Part shown: piece after piece, positions 57,460 to 64,000 of the stretch
How the letters are laid out: each line of letters begins with the position of its first letter
Numbering within the stretch: position 1 is the stretch's first letter
NCBI GenBank assembly: GCA_964016885.1
Contig: OZ024756.1
Span: 29,946,001 to 30,010,000 of the forward strand
Origin: Eledone cirrhosa
Taxonomy: Eukaryota
Length of the DNA: 64,000 bases
Direction: 5' to 3'
Notes under the pieces: generated by a model
Seen by the model: the letters and a program-made list of their open reading frames with translations, nothing else
What the model was told of the DNA's origin: nothing
Databases searched by the model: none
Program-made: the position numbers and the translations under genes

Positions 57460-57805
57460 ATGGCTGCCCCCTCGTTACCGAGTATGGCCATTGCACGATA
57501 TACCATTATTAATAATTATTAATTAATGCTACTGTGCAATGCCTATGCGTGAAGATTTTTTTAAAGTGAGGAAAGACTGTGCACTGAGCCAATCTCACTC
57601 TCTGAGCGACAGTAGCTATAACCCGAAAAGAAGAAAAGTTCAACAGCATCGGTAACTACTGAACCGCAGGTTTTATATCGGAGTGATCCCAGTTTCCAGA
57701 GATGCCTTCTCCTAGAAGAATGCCCTGACAAAGGCTAGGGATCCTTCACTCCCAGTGGTTTAACAGCGCGATCGGGTATCCAGCCCAATTATTTCTATGT
57801 CCCTG
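57460..57805 (-). mobile_element. non-autonomous RTE-related retroposon, relative of 8905-9372
   Basis: shared collinear blocks listed for 8905-9372. Confidence 0.5.
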
Positions 57806-57831
57806 CGCATATACATAACATGCATACATGT

Positions 57832-57862
<31 letters not shown>

Positions 57863-57936
57863 CATATATACATATATACGCATGCATATATGTATATACA
57901 TACATACATGCATACATACATACATATTTACATTCA

Positions 57937-58062
57937 TTCGACGGGCTTGTACAGTTTACATCTGCGAAATTCCCCTCAGAAGACATTTGTAACGGAATAC
58001 ACTCAGTAGAATACATTTGTTCAAATGATCATGCAGCGAATCCTTAACCACATTGCCATGCT
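57937..58062 (-). mobile_element. decayed SINE family B
   Basis: TTCGACGGGCTT..ACAGTTT.C.TCT matches 751-780; ends CCTTAACCACATTGCCATGC. Confidence 0.5.
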
Positions 58063-58353
58063 CGTGACAATGAATATTTTTTTCATTCAGATCAGTTAAA
58101 GTAGTTGTGTCCCAATATGGCCGCTAATTTTCATCATTTAATATTATAATAAGATAATTTTTTCTTTCCGCCATTTTCTTTGAGCTATTTTGTTCCGGTA
58201 TGCCGGACAGAAAGCAGTTTTAAGCAGGCATTAATACAGTTGATAAAATTTAAAGTATAAAATCGTCTGCAATCATTCATTTATTCTATGCTGCGTTTGA
58301 CGACATTTGCAATGTCGTTTAGTCATTTATATAAATTGTGAAGGAAAGTGGAT

Positions 58354-58445
<92 letters not shown>

Positions 58446-58502
58446 CTATCTATCTATATCTCTCTCTCTCTCTCACTCTCTCTCTCTCTCTCTCTCTCCC
58501 TC

Positions 58503-58565
<63 letters not shown>

Positions 58566-58659
58566 GTGATAACATTTTACACGTTTTTATTGTATGTAAA
58601 CTCCCCCCTTTCTAATTGTCCCCTTCTTTTGTGCCCCTGTGGCTAATAAAGAAACATGA

Positions 58660-58711
<52 letters not shown>

Positions 58712-58720
58712 ATCTATCTA
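58566..58720 (+). mobile_element. (TATC)n-tailed LINE 3' stub
   Basis: TGTGATA..ATTTTACACGTTTTTATTGTATGTAAACT...GGCTAATAAAGAAACAT is near-identical to 4101-4193. Confidence 0.8.
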
Positions 58721-58758
58721 TTCATCTATCTACCTATTTAACCTCCTCTCCCTCTGTA

Positions 58759-58816
<58 letters not shown>

Positions 58817-59009
58817 GAGAAGGAGAGGAAGTTAAAGAGGTATATATATAGTATAATTAATAATAATAATATAATATATTCATTATGTTACTAAGATTAC
58901 TCTCCGTTGTTTTTCTGAATATACATAAATATATACATACATACACACATATAAACATACATATTTACATTGGCACATTTAAGCATACAGAAATAGAAAT
59001 CTACCTACC

Positions 59010-60070
59010 TACCTACATACATACATATATACATACAATACATACATACAATACATACATGCATACATATATACATATAATACATACATACAATACATAC
59101 ATACATATATATATACATACACTATATACATACAATACATACATACATGCATAAATATATATATATGTATACATACATACATACAATACATACATACATA
59201 CATGCATACATATATACATATAATACATACAATACATACATACATATATACATACACTATATACACACAATACATACATACATGCATAAATATATATATA
59301 TGTATACATACATACATACAATACATACATACATACATGCATACATATATACATCTAATACATACAATACATACATATATACATACACTATATACACACA
59401 ATACATACATACATGCATAAATATATATATATGTATACATACACACATACAATACATACATACATGCATACATATATACATATAATACATACAATACATA
59501 CATACATATATACATACACTATATACATACAATACATACATACATGCATAAATATATATATATGTATACATACATACATACAATACATACATACATACAT
59601 GCATACATATATACATATAATACATACATACAATACATACATACATACATATATACATACACTATATACATACAATACATACATACATGCATAAATATAT
59701 ATATATGTATACATACGTACATACAATACATACATACATACATGCATACATATATACATATAATTGTTTCTACTTTAGGCACAAGGCCAGCAATTACCCA
59801 GTGCATTACTGGTACTTTATTTTATCGACCCCGTAAGGATGAAAGGCAAAGTCAACCTCGGCGGGATTTGAACTCAGATCGTAAAGGGACGTAACCATGC
59901 TGGAAAGCATGGCGTCCGACCCTCTACCGATACTGCCAATCCACCGCCCTTACATATACATATAATACATATAATACATACAATACATACATACATATAT
60001 ACATACACTATATACATACAATACATACATACATGCATAAATATATATATATGTATACATACGTACATGC
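59010..60070. repeat. ~131-143 bp higher-order repeat built from TACA/TA microsatellites
   Basis: ATGCATAAATA anchors at 59147, 59282, 59413, 59544, 59687. Confidence 0.8.
59761..59950 (-). mobile_element. SINE family A, full length, inserted in the higher-order repeat
   Basis: near-identical to 9576-9755; 5' end AGGGCGGTGGATTGGCAGTATCGG on the minus strand. Confidence 0.92.
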
Positions 60071-60673
60071 TTGTAATACAAATGCACAAGCTGTCATAAT
60101 TTGGCATACAGGGATTCGCCGATTTTCATTTCTAAATCCATTACAGCATAGCTTACTCTTCATCTCATCTTATGTAGATAGATATTCTTTTAAGTAAGTT
60201 AGAGTGAAATATACTTGTCACTTCTAACTGATAAATGGAAATATAGCGAGCCACAAATATCATCTTCCATTAGAAATATAGTATTACATGAGAATTTATC
60301 GGATTCCATTCATTTTGAAATTTTTGACACTTTTGAACACAACTGATTGTTACTATAGTAAAAATTGATTAAACCTCTCCTCTCCACCGCCCAAGTAACA
60401 CTTCCAATTTTAATAACCTTAACCCTTCAAGGTAATGTAACCACGTAGAAGAACACCAAATGCACAAACTCGCGCGCATACGCACACACCACACACAAAT
60501 ATATATATATATACATACATATGCATATATTTACATATATTTACATGTATATGTATATATAAACAGACACAAACTTACTCCCCATATATATATATATATA
60601 CATATATATGTGTGTGCGTATACATACATATACGTACACACACCCATCTCTCACTCGCCCCCACCTCTCTCTC

Positions 60674-60739
<66 letters not shown>

Positions 60740-60803
60740 ACTCATTTCGACGCTTAACTCAATGGCACTTATATTCATACATTCATACTTACATACATAC
60801 ATA

Positions 60804-60882
<79 letters not shown>

Positions 60883-61132
60883 ACACACACACAGGTATAT
60901 ATATATATATACACAGATTCATTTTCTGTGTCGGAATATTTCAAATGCTTTGAACCATTAGTGCAAAGTGTTGTTATTAATATATGACATCTTTCTGCAA
61001 TGCATAAGCGGCATTTATGTGTTCTATTCACGCGTGGTAATCACTCTTTTGACAATATATAACTTTTAGGAATTTAGATCCCTTTAACATATAAGTTTCC
61101 CGATAGCAGACACACACGCATTCACCCTCCAC

Positions 61133-61202
<70 letters not shown>

Positions 61203-61813
61203 TCTCTCTCTCTCTCGCTCTCTCTCCCTCTCTGTCTCTCTCTCACACACACACAGACACACGCTCCCACATACTTACAAACATATATATGACTACGAAG
61301 TGAACTAAAAAATTCGCAAGCAAAAATAATCGGACGATTCAAGAAGAAACTGGTGACTGCGAACAACAGCTCTTAGCCATTAGCTGACAAGTATATATAT
61401 ATATATATATAAATATATATGTTTGTATGTTTGTATATATAAATATTATATATATCTACTTAGACACACTTATATGTTCGGTTGTATAAACTAATCAGTC
61501 CGGTCAATAGATGGCGTGAGTGGCAGTTGTTGAAACTAAATGAAGATAGTTTGTTTAGAACTTATCTGATGTTTGGCAACACATACACACACACACACAC
61601 AGACATACAGACAGACACATAGTCACACATACACACAGACAGACACACACACAGACACACAGACAAACATAAACACACACACCGACACACAGACACACAC
61701 ACACACACACACACAGACATACATTCAGATAGACACACACACAAACACACATATACACAGAATCACAAAAACACACACACAGACAAACACATGCACACAC
61801 ACATACACATACA

Positions 61814-61970
<157 letters not shown>

Positions 61971-61997
61971 TTTATGTATTTATATATATATATGCTT

Positions 61998-62057
<60 letters not shown>

Positions 62058-62446
62058 TATATATATATATACATATACAAAGCAGAGTCGTATTTATTAC
62101 ACACACAGACACACATATATATATATATGTATACACATATACATATACATATACACACACACATATATATATATATATTTATATGTACGTATGTATATAA
62201 CAAAAATGAATAAATAAAATATATAAATTAATAAAAATCCCCGCTCTCCTCCTCACAATCACCCCCCCCCGCCAAAAAAAGAACCCCTGACATCTCCTAA
62301 ACATGGCCCTTGTATATGTACTTAAGTCAGTTGTTTACGAAAGAGAAAGCGGGGTGGGGTGGGGTGGGGGGGTGGAGGTGGGAGAATGAAGGATCTGGAA
62401 TTATTTGGATTGTCAAGTATCGTTTTATAAAGAAAACACTAACGTT

Positions 62447-62479
<33 letters not shown>

Positions 62480-62526
62480 GATGTCGTTATTGTTATTGTT
62501 ATTATTAGCAGTATTATTATCAGCAA

Positions 62527-62613
<87 letters not shown>

Positions 62614-62630
62614 TACCCCCACCACTACCC

Positions 62631-62686
<56 letters not shown>

Positions 62687-62800
62687 GCTACTACTACTAC
62701 TACTATAATGACAATTAGAAGAAAGAGAATGTATTTATTATTTCAAAGTTATTATTCAAGTGTAGTGACGAATGATGCTTTCAATTAACGTGTCTCCCTT

Positions 62801-62854
<54 letters not shown>

Positions 62855-62949
62855 TGTGTAGTTGTGTGTGTGTGCTTGTGTGTACTCATCTATGCGTCAG
62901 TGTTTCAGTTTGTGTTTACCTAAAATACACAAAATAATCATGATGATGA

Positions 62950-63150
62950 TGAAGATGATGTTGGTGGTGGTGGTGGTGGTGGTGGTGGTGGTAGTAGTGG
63001 TAGTGGTGGTGTGGTGGTGGTGGTAGTAGTGGTGGTGTGGTCGTGATGGTGGTGTGGTCGTGGTAGTGGTGGTAGTAGTGGTGGTGGTGGTGGTAGTAGT
63101 GGTGATAGTAGTGGTGGTGGTGGTGTGGTGGTGTGGTTGTGGTGGGGGCT
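62950..63150. repeat. (TGG)n/(TAG)n low-complexity repeat
   Basis: direct reading. Confidence 0.9.
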
Positions 63151-63310
63151 GTGTTTGAGAATGATTATGACTAAAATATAATATAAATAAGCTGTTTTGT
63201 TTATCATTGGAACGACGGTAACAGCAGAGAATAAGAAGTACATTGTAAGTATGTTTACGGAGATAGTTATGGATAGGAGCACACTCATACACCTCATATA
63301 TATATATATA

Positions 63311-63588
63311 TAGGAAAAAGTATGACCCCGACAGCAGAGCTCAAGCCGTTTCGACGGCTATTTCTGGAGCGTATTGAACCCCTAGACCCACGGATTCCCT
63401 ACTTCACACTGAAGGACCACAAATCCAGCTTCGACCGCAAACCATCCACCAGGCTTATAAAACCAACGAAGTCGGACATAGGGAGAATCAGTAAAAAGAT
63501 CCTGAGTCCAGAAATAGCCGTCGAAAGGGCTTGAGCTCTGCCGTCGGGGTCATTCTTTTTCCTGTTACCCACTCTACTACCCTAAGAT
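63311..63588 (+). mobile_element. rearranged Penelope-like element: inverted terminal segment, RT fragment, terminal repeat
   Basis: ~57-bp inverted arms (63311-63368 and 63507-63563) of the 40061/49000 family enclosing a coding fragment; flanked by (TA)n. Confidence 0.8.
63370..63504 (+). pseudogene. Penelope-like reverse transcriptase fragment (start of the RT domain)
   Basis: YFTLKDHKSSFDRKPSTRLIKPTKSDIGRISKKIL fits the K.HK...P.R.I pattern of PLE/TERT-type RT motifs 1-2 and marine-invertebrate PLE proteins as I remember them. Confidence 0.75.
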
Positions 63589-63676
63589 CATATATATATA
63601 TATATATATATACACACAAACATTTATATATAGAGGAAGAGAAAATAAATAGATAAATATATAAATATATATATAG

Positions 63677-63744
63677 ATACGTTAAGACTAGATCCTATTA
63701 GTTTCACCCTTGTTAGAAAAAGAAAAGGAATTTTTCAACGTATT
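63677..63744 (-). ncRNA. degenerate type I hammerhead (core partly deleted)
   Basis: minus strand ATACGTTGA-AAAA-T-TCCTT..AAGGG-T-GAAAC-TA-ATAGGATC-TA-GTC-TTAACGTAT: 9-bp stem I, 5-bp stem II, 4-bp stem III, GUC site, CUG missing. Confidence 0.5.
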
Positions 63745-64000
63745 GGATGTTAACCCTTCATCGAGAGAGAACAAACACTTTCCCGCTTCACCAGATGTTA
63801 CTTTGACTCTGTGGTTGGACATCGGACACCTGTATGTGTCTTACTATATTTGCTGGGTTTCAGTAATAGGAACATAGTTTTTAAGATGGTGGTCGAACCC
63901 TGTATATTCTTGTGACGCTAAACTCCACCAGTTTCAGACTGCGCATCAACATATGATATCTCTCTCCACAAAGTTCGATCACCAGCAGCAGAGTTCAAAG

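Noticed and set aside
60221-60290. Hairpin with CTGATAA...GAAA
   Set aside because: Core mismatch, extra bases before GAAA and no stem I; explained as a simple hairpin

Overview
Eukaryotic, AT-rich window dominated by microsatellites, with one 200-N scaffold gap (37285-37484). The SINE repertoire and simple-repeat load suggest an octopod cephalopod (inference from remembered repeat families, not a search). I found no intact host protein-coding gene; nearly all ORF-track entries are microsatellite translations. Recognisable elements: about ten copies of a young tRNA-derived SINE plus older SINE fragments, an internally deleted mariner (24173-25037), a complete non-autonomous Helitron (32346-33418) nested in a fold-back palindrome, a decayed RTE ORF fragment, RTE-related non-autonomous elements with an HDV-ribozyme-like 5' motif, and about nine 5'-truncated copies of an L1/Tx1-like element in or beside (TATC)n. 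The main hidden layer is roughly a dozen whole or partial type I hammerhead-ribozyme motifs from several unrelated Penelope-like (PLE) terminal-repeat families. They lie in (TA)n tracts and are often folded back into palindromes, and one encloses a PLE reverse-transcriptase fragment (63370-63504). One candidate composite element joins a tRNA-like head to a hammerhead/AATAAA tail (21445-21977). All alignments and folds were done by eye.
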